A stretch of DNA of 64,000 nucleotides from an uncultured Bacilli bacterium (GTDB lineage: Bacteria > Bacillota_I > Bacilli_A > RF39 > UBA660). The notes under the pieces were generated by a model. That model saw only the letters and a list, made by a program, of their open reading frames with translations, had not been told where the DNA came from and did no database searches. This document shows positions 20,524-31,972 of the stretch, piece after piece. The stretch is from contig CANQZM010000001.1 of NCBI GenBank assembly GCA_947628345.1, positions 2,534 to 66,533 on the forward strand. The letters are read 5' to 3'. The position numbers were made by a program, and so were the translations under genes. The first letter of the stretch is position 1. Each line of letters begins with the position of its first letter.

Positions 20524-22396
20524 ATCCTATACCAGTTATCATAATAGCGATACCTAAAGTGTAGAACAATATATTATTAGATCCTGTATTAGGAACTTCT
20601 ACGTAACATTCATTATCATCTAAACCACCATTTTCACATGTTTTAGGAACATCTTTAATAGTAATTTGATAAGATAAATGTTGATTATCAATTGTGAATG
20701 ATTGCTTTTCTTCATTTAAGAAATAACCATTTGGAGCTTCAACTTCTTCTACAGTATAAGTTCCATCTGCTAAATCCTTTAATACATAAGTTTCTTTTGT
20801 TGAAGTAAATCTAGCAACTTCTTCACCTTTTTCATTAGTAACTACAATTACTGCCCCTGCTAAAAGATTACCAGTTGCACTATCTACTTTAGCAATAGTT
20901 ACAGTTCTATCTTTTGGAGTATTATAAAATTTAACTTCTACTGATTTTGATGAATCACTTAATGTAAATGTTTCTTTTTCAGTACTTAATTCATATCCAG
21001 CTGGAGCTTCAACTTCTTCTACGGTATAAGTTCCATTTGATAATCCTGTAATACTATTACCATTAATAGATGTAGTAATTCTTTTTATTTCATTACCATT
21101 TGCATCTTTAATCGCTAATACAGCTCCTGCAACTGGTTGATTAGTTTTCTTATCTAATTTTTTAATTGTTACCACTGATGATTTTGCTTTATTGTAAAAT
21201 TTAACTTCAGCATTTCTAACAGAATCAGTAATAGTAAATGTTTCTTTAGTTGTACTTAATTCATATCCTGTTGGTGCTGTTACCTCTTCCACTGTATAAG
21301 TACCATTTGCAAGATTGTCTAGCTTATATGCAGATGAAGTTGATGTAAATTTAGCAATCTCTGTACCACTGGCATTTTTAACTACTAATACAGCTCCAGA
21401 AACTACAGCATTAGTATCCTTATCCAACTTTAAGATACTAGCAGTTGCTGGTGTAGGTGTTGGAGTTGGTGTTGAAGCAGGTGTTGGTGTAGATACTGGT
21501 GTAGATTTAGGTCTAGTTGCCTTTACTGTAAGTGAATCAGTAACATCTTTAGATTCAGTATCTAATACCACAATTGGTTGAACGCTACTATCTTTAGGAT
21601 TATACTTATAAGCTTTATTTACTGTTCCAGAAGCCTCAATTTTAACCTTAACTGACTCAGTTTTACCCTCTTTTATACTACTTACTGGAATTCCAATTTT
21701 AAATTTTTCACTAGAAGTAAATGATGATTGAGCTTTTCCATGAACATCAACTACAACTGTTCCTGTTGGTGCTCCAGAAACTGAAACTTTATATTTTCCT
21801 TTGATATTTTTCGCATTAGCATCAATTGCTTTAGTTACATACCATTGTCCATCAGAAGTTAAAGACATTGTATTGGTACTAACTTTAGCATTTAATGATG
21901 GGTTCTCATAACCCTTACTTTTAGCAGTTTTAGCACCACTAACTAATGATTTGATATACTTCCTTAAACCATTAGAATCAGATCCTGTTGATCTAAATGC
22001 TTTGGATAAATTAGAACTTCCAGTAGTATCATCTAAATACCACCAAACTGCTGCTTGAGTAATATAAATATCTTTATTTTTATTACCCGTAAATGATTTA
22101 TTTGGATAACCATTTTCCAAAATATATGCAAATCCAGCATCCATTTGTCCTTCTAAATATTCTTTAATATTAGAAGCGGTTGCCTTATGTAAGTCTAAAC
22201 AATATGCATATCCACCACCACTTAATGGTTTAATATGGAATCTAACCCCTGCAATATACTTAGGTAACCATGTAGCAGTACCTATAGAGACAGATGATTT
22301 AGCCGCATCTGCAGTTTGTAAGTTACTAAACATAACTACTGTTGCTAAAACAAAGGTTGCAATAATTTTACTTATTTTTGAAATTTTGTTTTTCAT
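20498..22396 (-). CDS. Sortase-anchored surface adhesin with N-terminal thioester (TQXA) domain, Pro/Thr linker, three Cna-B/SpaA-type repeats and a (S/P)PxTG-like sorting signal
   Basis: Signal peptide; Cys in AYCLDLHK and Gln in YITQAAVWWY (TQxA(I/V)W); three GTYTVEEVxAPxGYELS repeats; C-terminal VPNTG plus hydrophobic helix plus KRRQG. Confidence 0.7.
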   Translation of the reverse strand: MKNKISKISKIIATFVLATVVMFSNLQTADAAKSSVSIGTATWLPKYIAGVRFHIKPLSGGGYAYCLDLHKATASNIKEYLEGQMDAGFAYILENGYPNKSFTGNKNKDIYITQAAVWWYLDDTTGSSNLSKAFRSTGSDSNGLRKYIKSLVSGAKTAKSKGYENPSLNAKVSTNTMSLTSDGQWYVTKAIDANAKNIKGKYKVSVSGAPTGTVVVDVHGKAQSSFTSSEKFKIGIPVSSIKEGKTESVKVKIEASGTVNKAYKYNPKDSSVQPIVVLDTESKDVTDSLTVKATRPKSTPVSTPTPASTPTPTPTPATASILKLDKDTNAVVSGAVLVVKNASGTEIAKFTSTSSAYKLDNLANGTYTVEEVTAPTGYELSTTKETFTITDSVRNAEVKFYNKAKSSVVTIKKLDKKTNQPVAGAVLAIKDANGNEIKRITTSINGNSITGLSNGTYTVEEVEAPAGYELSTEKETFTLSDSSKSVEVKFYNTPKDRTVTIAKVDSATGNLLAGAVIVVTNEKGEEVARFTSTKETYVLKDLADGTYTVEEVEAPNGYFLNEEKQSFTIDNQHLSYQITIKDVPKTCENGGLDDNECYVEVPNTGSNNILFYTLGIAIMITGIGYVYKRRQG

Positions 22397-22633
22397 AACA
22401 ATTTCCCCCTCAAACTTGTGGCTATATTATACCACTAATTATTTTTTTTTGCAAGTTTTATTTTTTTATAATTTGCTGTATGTATCTATATTATATATTT
22501 TTTTACAATTTTTTCAAGTAAATAATTGAATTTTTGTAGTAATATTACACTTTTTATTTAAAATACTACTCAAATAAAACATTAACCTTTTTATAAAGTC
22601 ACACATATAATACTATGATTGAAAGGAGAATAT

Positions 22634-23257
22634 ATGAAAAAATTTATTATTTATGCAGTTAGTGGGGTTATTATCTTATTTTTAGCTTTTTTAGTATTAT
22701 TTGATTTTAATAAGGATTCTAATAATAAACAATTAGAAAAAGTCACTTTAGCAGAAGTCGCTCATACCATTTTTTATGCGCCACAATATGTTGCCATAGA
22801 AAAAGGATACTTTAAAGACTATGGAATTGATATTGATCTAGTTTTAACATCAGGAGCTGATAAAGTAACTGCAGCCGTATTATCAGGAGATGCTGATATT
22901 GGTTTCTGCGGAAGTGAAGCAACAATTTATGTCTATAATGGTGGTGAAAAAGATTATCTTAAAACTTTTGCACAACTTACCCAAAAAGATGGTACTTTCT
23001 TGGTATCTAGAAAAAAAATAGATAATTTTACTTTAAATGACTTAAAAGGAAAAACTATTATTGGTGGTCGTGCTGGTGGTATGCCTGAAATGACTTTTGA
23101 ATATGCCTTAAGACAAAATGGAATTAACCCAAAAAAAGATGTCAATATTGATACATCTGTTGCCTTTGCCGCTATGAGTGGAGCATTTATTGGTGGGCAA
23201 GGAGACTTTGTTACACTATTCGAGGATAGTGCAATAATAATTACTCTCTATCATTAA
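22634..23257 (+). pseudogene. 5' portion (about 207 codons) of an NMT1/SsuA-type ABC substrate-binding protein gene, interrupted after ...GDFVTLFE
   Basis: Lipoprotein/TM N-terminus, NMT1-like region; the rest of the gene resumes in frame at 44558. Confidence 0.7.
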
Positions 23258-23287
23258 AGATAAATAGAATATAACTATTAGATTTTT

Positions 23288-25297
23288 TTATTTTATTACA
23301 TCTTTTCTTTTACCATCTATAATGACGTATTCTTCATTGACTTTAGGATCAAATACATAAGTAGCTTCTTCTGTGTCACTATTACTATCTTCATTTATTA
23401 AATTATTTTCTTTCTTTATAGAATTTTGATTATAGTTAAAAAATATTCTTTCTAATTTATTTTTTATTTCTTCTTTTGTAAATGGTTTTGCTATATAATC
23501 AATAAAACCTTCTTCTTCATACCTTTCTTTAGCACCTGATACTGCATCTGCAGTTAGTGCTATTACTGGAATATTAAAATCTTGATCTTCTTTTAATTTT
23601 CTTAAAGTAGTTTCTCCACTCATTTCTGGCATCATAATATCCATTAGAATTAAATCATATTTTTCGCCTTTGTTAATCTTATCTAGGCATTGCTCTCCAC
23701 TTTCACTCTCGTCTACAATATATCCTAAACTCTCTAAATGTTTTCTGGCTACTTTTATATTTAATTTATTGTCATCTACTACTAATACTTTCTTATTACT
23801 ATTTTGTTTCTCATAGATATCACTTGACTCTGGTTTTATAATTTCTATTTCGGTTTGTGATGTATTTTGATTTTCCTGTATTGGGTTTACCATTTTGCTT
23901 ATTTTTTGAGGAATTTGTACTACAAATATCGAACCCTCTCCAAATTGAGATTGCACATTAATATGCCCTCCCATCATGTCAACTAAGGCTTTAGTAATTG
24001 CAAGTCCTAATCCTGTTCCTTCGGTGGTTGTATTTTTTTCCACATCAAGTCGTTCAAATTTAGTAAATAATTTATTGATATTTTCAGCTTTTATTCCTCT
24101 ACCTGTATCTTGAACACTTATGATTAACATACATTTATCATTTTGATTGATACATTTTGTATTTAAGGTTATTGTACCTTTTTCGGTATACTTAATTGCA
24201 TTGGTAAGTAGATTATTGGCAATTTCTTTGATATGAGCCTTATCTCCCAATAACTCACAAGGAATATCTGGAGCAAAATTTATTTTAAAGTCAATTGGTT
24301 TATCTCCAATTCTAGTTGCTGTAACACGTGCCATTTTTTCTATTTCTTCTACATAATTATATGGTATTTCTACTATTTCCATTTTTTCACTTTCGATTTT
24401 GTTTATATCTAAAATATTACCTACTATTTCTAGTAATGTTTGAGATGCATTTTGAATATCTTCTGTATCTTCAATTACTTCTTTTGGAACTTGTTCTTTA
24501 TAACTTGCGATATCCTCTGAAAGTCCTACAATTGCATTAAGTGGTGTTCTAATCTCATGTGACATACTAGATAAGAAATCACTTTTAGCACGATTAGCTT
24601 TTTCTGCTGTATTTTTTGCAAGTTCCATTTCTCTTAACATCTTTAAATCAGGATTTTCTATTGTAAAATACATTAACAAAACAATAACAGACTCAACACA
24701 ATCTATTATTACAATATCAGGATATTGATTCTGTATGATTATTGATATTGTCGCACCAATCATAAATAAAAATAATGGTAAAGCTTTCTTTTTATCCAAT
24801 TTATTTAATTTTGTTAATATAATAATAAATAATAATATTGAAACTATACCTGATAAAGTATATATTACTTTAACATCTAATCCATGTGTATAAAAAATCA
24901 TTTTATCCATATTTATATATATCTCTTGGGGTAAAAAATATAATAGTATATATATAATAATTGTAGTAACTAATAAACATTTTACGTATACATCCTTATA
25001 TTTCAAATTAGAAATTATACATAAGTATGCAAGTAATAAGGTACCATATGCAAAATAATAAATTAGATATGTTTTTAGTACAAATGTTGATATATATAAT
25101 GGCAAGAAATTATAATTGTATGATACATAATCAGCAAGTAAATGAAATATTAATCCAATTAAATTTAATATTAAAAGTAATCTATATAGTTTATTTTCTT
25201 CGTTATTAATCCTTTTTTTAGAAAAATATATAAATGAAAGCCCTATCATAAATAAGATACATATTATTACAGCAAATGTCATTTTAGTTATAACCAT
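23288..25297 (-). CDS. Hybrid sensor histidine kinase/response regulator with N-terminal multi-TM sensor domain
   Basis: H-box SHEIRTPLNAI, HATPase_c G-boxes, C-terminal receiver (LVVDDN...DLILMDIMMP). Confidence 0.8.
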   Translation of the reverse strand: MVITKMTFAVIICILFMIGLSFIYFSKKRINNEENKLYRLLLILNLIGLIFHLLADYVSYNYNFLPLYISTFVLKTYLIYYFAYGTLLLAYLCIISNLKYKDVYVKCLLVTTIIIYILLYFLPQEIYINMDKMIFYTHGLDVKVIYTLSGIVSILLFIIILTKLNKLDKKKALPLFLFMIGATISIIIQNQYPDIVIIDCVESVIVLLMYFTIENPDLKMLREMELAKNTAEKANRAKSDFLSSMSHEIRTPLNAIVGLSEDIASYKEQVPKEVIEDTEDIQNASQTLLEIVGNILDINKIESEKMEIVEIPYNYVEEIEKMARVTATRIGDKPIDFKINFAPDIPCELLGDKAHIKEIANNLLTNAIKYTEKGTITLNTKCINQNDKCMLIISVQDTGRGIKAENINKLFTKFERLDVEKNTTTEGTGLGLAITKALVDMMGGHINVQSQFGEGSIFVVQIPQKISKMVNPIQENQNTSQTEIEIIKPESSDIYEKQNSNKKVLVVDDNKLNIKVARKHLESLGYIVDESESGEQCLDKINKGEKYDLILMDIMMPEMSGETTLRKLKEDQDFNIPVIALTADAVSGAKERYEEEGFIDYIAKPFTKEEIKNKLERIFFNYNQNSIKKENNLINEDSNSDTEEATYVFDPKVNEEYVIIDGKRKDVIK

Positions 25298-25355
25298 ATT
25301 ATCACCTACAATTACTACTGTAATTATTGTAACATATAAATTAAAAAAAGAGAAT

Positions 25356-27245
25356 TTATTTTCTCTTTACCTTTTCCTTATTTTCTAATAAGTTTGATTT
25401 ATCTATATAAATAAATCCTTCTGTTTCTTTTGACAAAAATTCTGTATCTCTTTTTCCTGATGGTTTATATGGAAAATTATTTCTAATTTTAAAATACATT
25501 GGTACCATATCAATATTATTATATTGCTTATATAATATTTCTTGAAATTCGGATAATCTATTTGCTAGTTGTTCATAATCTTTATATTTATCCTCAAATT
25601 CTTTAGCAAATATGATATGTAACCCTAAATCTTTTGAACCATTTTCATTAGGTTTTCCAATGCAATCACAATCAGTAACATCAGTTAAAGATCTAATTGG
25701 CGTTTCTATATCAAAATTATATATTTTCTTATCATTTACTATTGTATAGTCTTCTTTTCTTCCCTCTACAAATAAATCGCCATTTGAAGCCATATAACCA
25801 ATATCTCCAGTACAATTCCATTTACGTCCATATTCATCATAATGAAAATATTGGTCTGTAGCTTCTTTATTATTAAAGTATTCTAACATTCCACAAGGAG
25901 TATTAACTAATATATTACCTCTTTGTCCATATTTTAATTCGTTAAAATCATCATCAAAGATAGAAACAATAACACCAGGAATAGGTAACGCTACTGAACC
26001 TATATGGTGTTCAACATATTGAGATGGACTAGTAACAGTAGCTCCGCACTCACATTGCCCATATCCAGCAGTTAACTTTGAGTTACAGCCCATTTTCTTC
26101 CAGTTTGCCTCTATTTTTTCTTTGACTTCACGGGATAATGGTTCTCCTCCTTCAAATGGATTGCCTAAGTGTGTTAATTTTTTACCTTTAATTAACTTTT
26201 CATCAAGAAATCCTTCATACATACTGGTTGGAGCAACAGTATAATCAATTTTATGCTTAATAATGTTATTTACAAATACATCTCTTTCAAATCTAGGATC
26301 TTGAAATACAATTAATCCACTATGTAATCCAAGATGAATAGATGTATTTAACCCAGTTGAATACCAAGGTGGAATTATTTGATACATTTTTTCTCCTCTA
26401 TTTAAATCAAATTTATTAGCATTATAAGATAATACCGAATTTTGAAAACTATCATGTGATAAAACGATAGCCTTAGAAGCACCAGTAGTACCAGATGAAT
26501 ATACCATACATAATGGATAATCTTTTTCATATTCAAAAGTTTTAGGTATTGCTTGATATTTACCATCCTTTATAAATTGATTCCACCACAATTCATTAGC
26601 ATAATTAATTTTTATTTTATCTTTACTAGTAATAAATCTTAAAGGGCTAGAATTTAGAGTTGGTATGACGATAACCTTCTTTATAGATGATTTATCTATA
26701 GCACTTTTTATTTGTGGATAAAATGTATCCATAACAATCAAAGTATCACTATTACATTCTGCTATTCTATCTATCATTTGATCGTGTTCAAAATATGGGG
26801 CCATTAAATTAGCTACAGCTCCAATTTTAGCAAGAGCATAAACTGAATAAACAAGTTCTGGTATACCAGCACAACAAATAGTAACATAATCTTTCTTTTT
26901 AATTCCATATTCGACAAATGATTTTGCTGCTTTATCGATATTATTAAATAACTTCTGATACGATATATTAGCAAAGAAAAATTCAAGTGCTTGTTGATTA
27001 AGATAGTTCTTATTATTATAAATTATATCTTGATAAATTGTCATGTTGTTATTTATATCATAAAATTTATCCATATTATAATGATTTTGCCATGGTCTAT
27101 CAATAGTTGGATAACCAGTGTTAAAATCAAATGTTTTCCCAATATTAATATCTTTTAATATTTCTTTTTTCTTTTCTTCATTGATATGTTTAGAATTAAT
27201 TACTTGTCTTTTTAATAATTCAAGTTCTTTTATTTTATTATTCAT
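25356..27245 (-). CDS. AMP-dependent synthetase/ligase (acyl-CoA synthetase-like)
   Basis: AMP-binding motif YSSGTTGASKAI. Confidence 0.7.
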   Translation of the reverse strand: MNNKIKELELLKRQVINSKHINEEKKKEILKDINIGKTFDFNTGYPTIDRPWQNHYNMDKFYDINNNMTIYQDIIYNNKNYLNQQALEFFFANISYQKLFNNIDKAAKSFVEYGIKKKDYVTICCAGIPELVYSVYALAKIGAVANLMAPYFEHDQMIDRIAECNSDTLIVMDTFYPQIKSAIDKSSIKKVIVIPTLNSSPLRFITSKDKIKINYANELWWNQFIKDGKYQAIPKTFEYEKDYPLCMVYSSGTTGASKAIVLSHDSFQNSVLSYNANKFDLNRGEKMYQIIPPWYSTGLNTSIHLGLHSGLIVFQDPRFERDVFVNNIIKHKIDYTVAPTSMYEGFLDEKLIKGKKLTHLGNPFEGGEPLSREVKEKIEANWKKMGCNSKLTAGYGQCECGATVTSPSQYVEHHIGSVALPIPGVIVSIFDDDFNELKYGQRGNILVNTPCGMLEYFNNKEATDQYFHYDEYGRKWNCTGDIGYMASNGDLFVEGRKEDYTIVNDKKIYNFDIETPIRSLTDVTDCDCIGKPNENGSKDLGLHIIFAKEFEDKYKDYEQLANRLSEFQEILYKQYNNIDMVPMYFKIRNNFPYKPSGKRDTEFLSKETEGFIYIDKSNLLENKEKVKRK

Positions 27246-27692
27246 ATTTCACCTAAACTCTTTCTAATTTCTAATACCGCTCGAAATTAATTTGTATTAT
27301 AATAAGTCAAAATCTATTTGTCAATATTAAGTTTTTTTTCTAAATTAGCTTCATATCGTTCTTTTTGTGTTGTAAACAAATCATCTAGTACAGATAAGTA
27401 ATTAAAATCAGCAAAAGTATTGATTAAAGAAGAATGACAATCAATTAAAGTATAATCATAATTTTTTTATATTTTTTAAACAATTTCTCAATATTCTTTG
27501 TCTATTCATAGCACTACATTAATTAAACTTAAATCCATTGCAAATAAATTTAAACTTGCTAGAATTAAATAAATATTTTTTGCATGATGCAAAATGATTG
27601 CTGTGAGTTTATATAACTACCATTTATAGGTGTTGAGATAGTAGTATATTTTTTTAAACTCTAGTAATTCATATATATAGTGTTAATCTAAA

Positions 27693-27719
27693 AATACACT
27701 TCCAGATGGAAGTGTATTC
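27693..27719 (-). terminator. Perfect hairpin AATACACTTCCA-GAT-GGAAGTGTATT followed by a T-run on the minus strand (downstream of the MMPL gene)
   Basis: Read directly. Confidence 0.5.
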
Positions 27720-27741
27720 GGTAAATCTTTTTTTCAACATT

Positions 27742-30700
27742 TTACTTTTTAGTTTCTTTATAATAACCTTTTCGACAAATTAATTTATCTGTGGTAGCTA
27801 ATACACCAGGTAATAGAAATAATATTAATACTACTGCTGCAAATGTACCTTGTGAAATAGTTTCACATATTTTAGCAGCAATTGCTGAGGCAAAGTTAGC
27901 TACTACTAGTGTTACAATAACTAATATAGAAGAAGAACTAATAATAGTGTGAATAGACTTATTATAAGCATTAATTATAGAATTTTTAATATTCATAGTC
28001 AATCTAGATTCTCGATAATAGGATGTATAAACAATTGCATAATCTATAGTTGCTCCCATAAGTATTGCTTGAACAATCAATAAAGATATAAAATACTCTG
28101 AACCCCCTGTTAATGAAATAGCACTCATTGTAATATAAACAGCTGTTTGGATAATTAACACTAAAACAAATGGAATAATTAAATCTTTAAATGTTATTGC
28201 CACTACAATAAATATAAAAATCATTGTTAATATAGTAATTTTATTCAATTCGTTATTAAATGTTTTACTCATTTCAACTGCCATAGGAGAGTTCCCTACT
28301 ACATAAACATCATCATTTTTATCAACTTTACTTTTTATTCTATTTACAAACTTATAGGTATCTTTATCTTCAAAAGCATATTTTGTATTAAGTACCACTC
28401 TTGAATACTTATCTGAAACAATTAATTTTTTTGATTTATTAACTATTTTTTTAGCATCAGTTATAATAGTTCTTTTTTCATTATCAATAAAATTATCAAA
28501 TTTACTATCTTTTAAAATATTAACATTTAAATAATTAATAAATTCTTCAATAGTCATCTTCCATTTTTCATTATATTCTCTATTACTTCCATAATACATA
28601 TAAACTAAATCTAATAGAGATTTATCTAAGTTATTACTTAAAATACTTAATGTTTTAAAAGCTTCTGTTGTACTATATTTTATATTATTTATAGAGTTAT
28701 CCATTAAATCATTAATAGTAGTTAATTTCTGCTTTTTAATATCATCAAAACTAGAAGCATATTCCTTATTATTCATAACATCTTTAATAATAAAATCAAC
28801 ATAATTATATAAAGAAATAGCTTGATTAGATTGAATATATTTGGAATTATATAAACTAAATAATAATTTCGTTATATCATTATCAATACCTAGTAGTGAA
28901 CTTAATTGTGAAGATGTATATTTTATTTGGCTTATGGTCGAATTCATAACTTCTTTTACCAAAGATAATTCATTGACTGATGAGGTAGATAATTTTCCTT
29001 TTAATAATTCATTTTCCTTATTATTCAATATTAAGTTTACAAATTCTAAAGGTGTTAATGTGGTTTGTTGATGATAGTAATCATAAGCACCAAATATCAT
29101 ATTTACTGTTGATGCATTAGTAATTGTTATAGTACTTATTTCTTGGTAATTATAAACTGTATTAGTATTATTGACTAATAGATATGCTAAGTTTAAAGTT
29201 TCATTTTTTTCAACTAAGTATTGAGCTAGTAATGGATTATTTTTATTTTCATAAAGAAAGTTAATTAAATTTTTAATAGATATCTTTACGTTAGTTAAAT
29301 TATTAGCATCATGATATCCATATATTACACTTATAACACTTTGATTTATATTTGGATTTAATGATGATAAAGCTATTACTAAATCACTCATCTTATACTG
29401 TGTAGTAGCATTTTCCATAATATATTGAGCAACTTTTAACTCTGCTATTGTATCTGATAATTCTTCATTGGATGATATTATAGTTAATACTTTATTTACA
29501 AAATCTTTAGGAGTCAAAGAAGTATCAAGAATATATTTATCTAATAACGATTGTACTGTTGGATCTATCTCAAACATTGAATATAGTGATGACTTTGGTA
29601 ATGATGTTTTATAATAAGTAGTTAATTTTGGAATGTTCGTTAAAAGTTTTTGCACCTTAGAATCACTAAAATAAGATTGATAAGTCGGATTTTTCGCAAT
29701 TTCTTGGGCAGCATTAGCAAAGTCATTTAAAGTTAATAAAGTATTTGAATAATATCCTGTATAGCAATAATATAAAAGTGATATAGAGTCATTATCTAAA
29801 CTAATCCCTAAATTATCAAGACTCTTTTTCATATTATCCTTATCTAATTCAACATTTATATTCTGATTATTACTTAAGGTTTGTAAAATAGTTAATTTTT
29901 GAATAGACTTATCATCAAACATATTTTTATAAGCTGCATTACTAGACATTTCTAGAGCAAAGGTAGAAAATTCATTTAATGTCAATTTAGTATTACTTTC
30001 TATTGTGGTTCTATAAAACAAGAATAATTGTTCTATTAAATCTTTATCTATACCAAAAATATTAGCTAGTTCTTGAGAAGTCATTTTTTTATTTATTTTA
30101 GAAAAATCAGTAAAACTTTGTAATTGTTTTAATTTAGAAATCGTTGTTTTATCTAATCTTGTTGAATATTTTGGATCATTAGCTACATCATTAAGCATAA
30201 AATTTACAAATTCTTTAATTGTCATAGTAGTATTTAAATTTTTACTATTATAGTAAATTAAAATATTTTTAGCATCATCTTCATTCATACCTAAAATTTG
30301 GGCAATTTCTTGAGTAGTTCTTGGTTTAGTTATTAAAGATGCTGAGGTAAAGTTTTCAAGTAACTCTAAATTATCTTTTGTTTCCTGATTTAAAGAATTA
30401 TTAAACTTATTATTAGTATAAATATCTGATTTAATAAATGAAATAAACTCATTTAAAGTCATTTTATTGCTTTTATCTTGATTATAATAGTTATAGTAAA
30501 TAAGTTTAATTAAGTAATCATCTATTTCTACATTTTGTCCTAAATCTTTAAATTTCTTATTTAACTCATCATAAGCTAACTTTTCATTGATTGTATTAGA
30601 ATAGCACAATACTTGATCTATTTTTTGATCTTTTTCTAATTCTTTACAATACTTAGAAATTATATCTTCATATTTATTATTATATACAATAGCTATTTGA

Positions 30701-31821
30701 TTGGTAGCTGGAAAAACTTTACCTACTTTATCTTGTTCTGAACCCGTATATAAAATATTAATATTTCCTTTTAATAAATAAGATAATACAAACAATACTA
30801 ATAATAAAGAGGCTTGAATAAATCTAGTTTTATATATAATTCTACCTAATTTAGTTAAATTAAAATTAGGAGCTTTTTTCTTGGTTTTAGCTATTAAATC
30901 ATCAAAAATTAAAAGTAAAGCAGGTAAACAGAAAAATATACTTACAAGACTTAATAGAACTCCTTTAGCAAGGACAAAGCCTAAATCTTTACCAATTGTA
31001 AAACTCATAAATACAAGTGCAATTAATCCTACAATTGTTGTAATAGAACTACTAGATATAGATTTAAATGATTGATATAGAGCTTCTTTCATGGCTTCTA
31101 TTTTATTAGAATGATTTTCTTTTTCCTGTTTATATCTATTTGATAACATAATAGAATAATCCATAGACAAGGCTAATTGTAAAATAGCTACAATAGAATT
31201 TGTTATTGAAGAAACACTATCAAACATAATATTAGTACCTTTATTGATAAATATAGCTATTCCAATGGAAATTAAATATAACCATGGTTCAACATAAGAT
31301 TCACTGAGTATTATTAATATAATCATTGCAAACGTAATAGCAAGTACAACAATCCATAATTGTAAAATAGGTTTGTTTTCATCATAAATTGAACCACTCA
31401 TTCCCGCAGTCTTAAAATGATTTTTAACATCATTGTAAACGTTTGTTGCAGTTTTAGATTGTGCATAATCATCTACATTCAAAACATATAAAGTATAATT
31501 CTTTTGATTATATTGCTTCGTATCTGCATAATCAACAGAACTTACTCCATTAATATTTTTTAATTTCTTTAGGATATCTTTTTTTTCATTACTAGAAAGT
31601 CCTTTAAACATAACATTCAATATAGAAGAATCTTGTTCAATAAATTCTTTTTCCATAATATCTTTACCAATTTTGGTTTCAGATGTCGCTGGTAAATATT
31701 TCATAATATCTTCATTGATATCAACCTTGGTTGAAAAATATAAACCTACTGCTGCTAAAATAATAAATAATGATAAAAAGAAATATCTTCCTTTCACTAT
31801 AAAATCTGTGATTTTTTTCAT
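27742..31821 (-). CDS. MMPL/RND-superfamily membrane protein with a giant extracytoplasmic insert of about nine ~75-aa tandem helical repeats
   Basis: Two multi-TM MMPL-like halves flank about 800 aa containing repeated modules (L/M)T(L/I)xEFxxF...KLxxLQ...S..EL...GID.D....L..YY; start MKKITDF at 31821 with RBS GAAAGGAAGGA. Confidence 0.65.
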   Translation of the reverse strand: MKKITDFIVKGRYFFLSLFIILAAVGLYFSTKVDINEDIMKYLPATSETKIGKDIMEKEFIEQDSSILNVMFKGLSSNEKKDILKKLKNINGVSSVDYADTKQYNQKNYTLYVLNVDDYAQSKTATNVYNDVKNHFKTAGMSGSIYDENKPILQLWIVVLAITFAMIILIILSESYVEPWLYLISIGIAIFINKGTNIMFDSVSSITNSIVAILQLALSMDYSIMLSNRYKQEKENHSNKIEAMKEALYQSFKSISSSSITTIVGLIALVFMSFTIGKDLGFVLAKGVLLSLVSIFFCLPALLLIFDDLIAKTKKKAPNFNLTKLGRIIYKTRFIQASLLLVLFVLSYLLKGNINILYTGSEQDKVGKVFPATNQIAIVYNNKYEDIISKYCKELEKDQKIDQVLCYSNTINEKLAYDELNKKFKDLGQNVEIDDYLIKLIYYNYYNQDKSNKMTLNEFISFIKSDIYTNNKFNNSLNQETKDNLELLENFTSASLITKPRTTQEIAQILGMNEDDAKNILIYYNSKNLNTTMTIKEFVNFMLNDVANDPKYSTRLDKTTISKLKQLQSFTDFSKINKKMTSQELANIFGIDKDLIEQLFLFYRTTIESNTKLTLNEFSTFALEMSSNAAYKNMFDDKSIQKLTILQTLSNNQNINVELDKDNMKKSLDNLGISLDNDSISLLYYCYTGYYSNTLLTLNDFANAAQEIAKNPTYQSYFSDSKVQKLLTNIPKLTTYYKTSLPKSSLYSMFEIDPTVQSLLDKYILDTSLTPKDFVNKVLTIISSNEELSDTIAELKVAQYIMENATTQYKMSDLVIALSSLNPNINQSVISVIYGYHDANNLTNVKISIKNLINFLYENKNNPLLAQYLVEKNETLNLAYLLVNNTNTVYNYQEISTITITNASTVNMIFGAYDYYHQQTTLTPLEFVNLILNNKENELLKGKLSTSSVNELSLVKEVMNSTISQIKYTSSQLSSLLGIDNDITKLLFSLYNSKYIQSNQAISLYNYVDFIIKDVMNNKEYASSFDDIKKQKLTTINDLMDNSINNIKYSTTEAFKTLSILSNNLDKSLLDLVYMYYGSNREYNEKWKMTIEEFINYLNVNILKDSKFDNFIDNEKRTIITDAKKIVNKSKKLIVSDKYSRVVLNTKYAFEDKDTYKFVNRIKSKVDKNDDVYVVGNSPMAVEMSKTFNNELNKITILTMIFIFIVVAITFKDLIIPFVLVLIIQTAVYITMSAISLTGGSEYFISLLIVQAILMGATIDYAIVYTSYYRESRLTMNIKNSIINAYNKSIHTIISSSSILVIVTLVVANFASAIAAKICETISQGTFAAVVLILFLLPGVLATTDKLICRKGYYKETKK

Positions 31822-31972
31822 AATTTTCCTTCCTTTCAAGTGCATAAGCTCTACTATATCACCTATCATTTTATTCGTAAATATCAAAAATATTGTTTGT
31901 GTCAAAATTTTTACTTTTTTTTGAATTTTATCAAAATTATGATATACTACTTCTTAGATGGGAGTTGATTAT

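Noticed and set aside
21400-21520. Short periodic GGTGTTGG/GGTGTAGG repeats resembling a tiny repeat array
   Set aside because: They encode the Pro/Thr-rich linker (TPVSTPTPASTPTPTPTPAT) of the adhesin on the opposite strand. No spacer-repeat architecture, so not a CRISPR.
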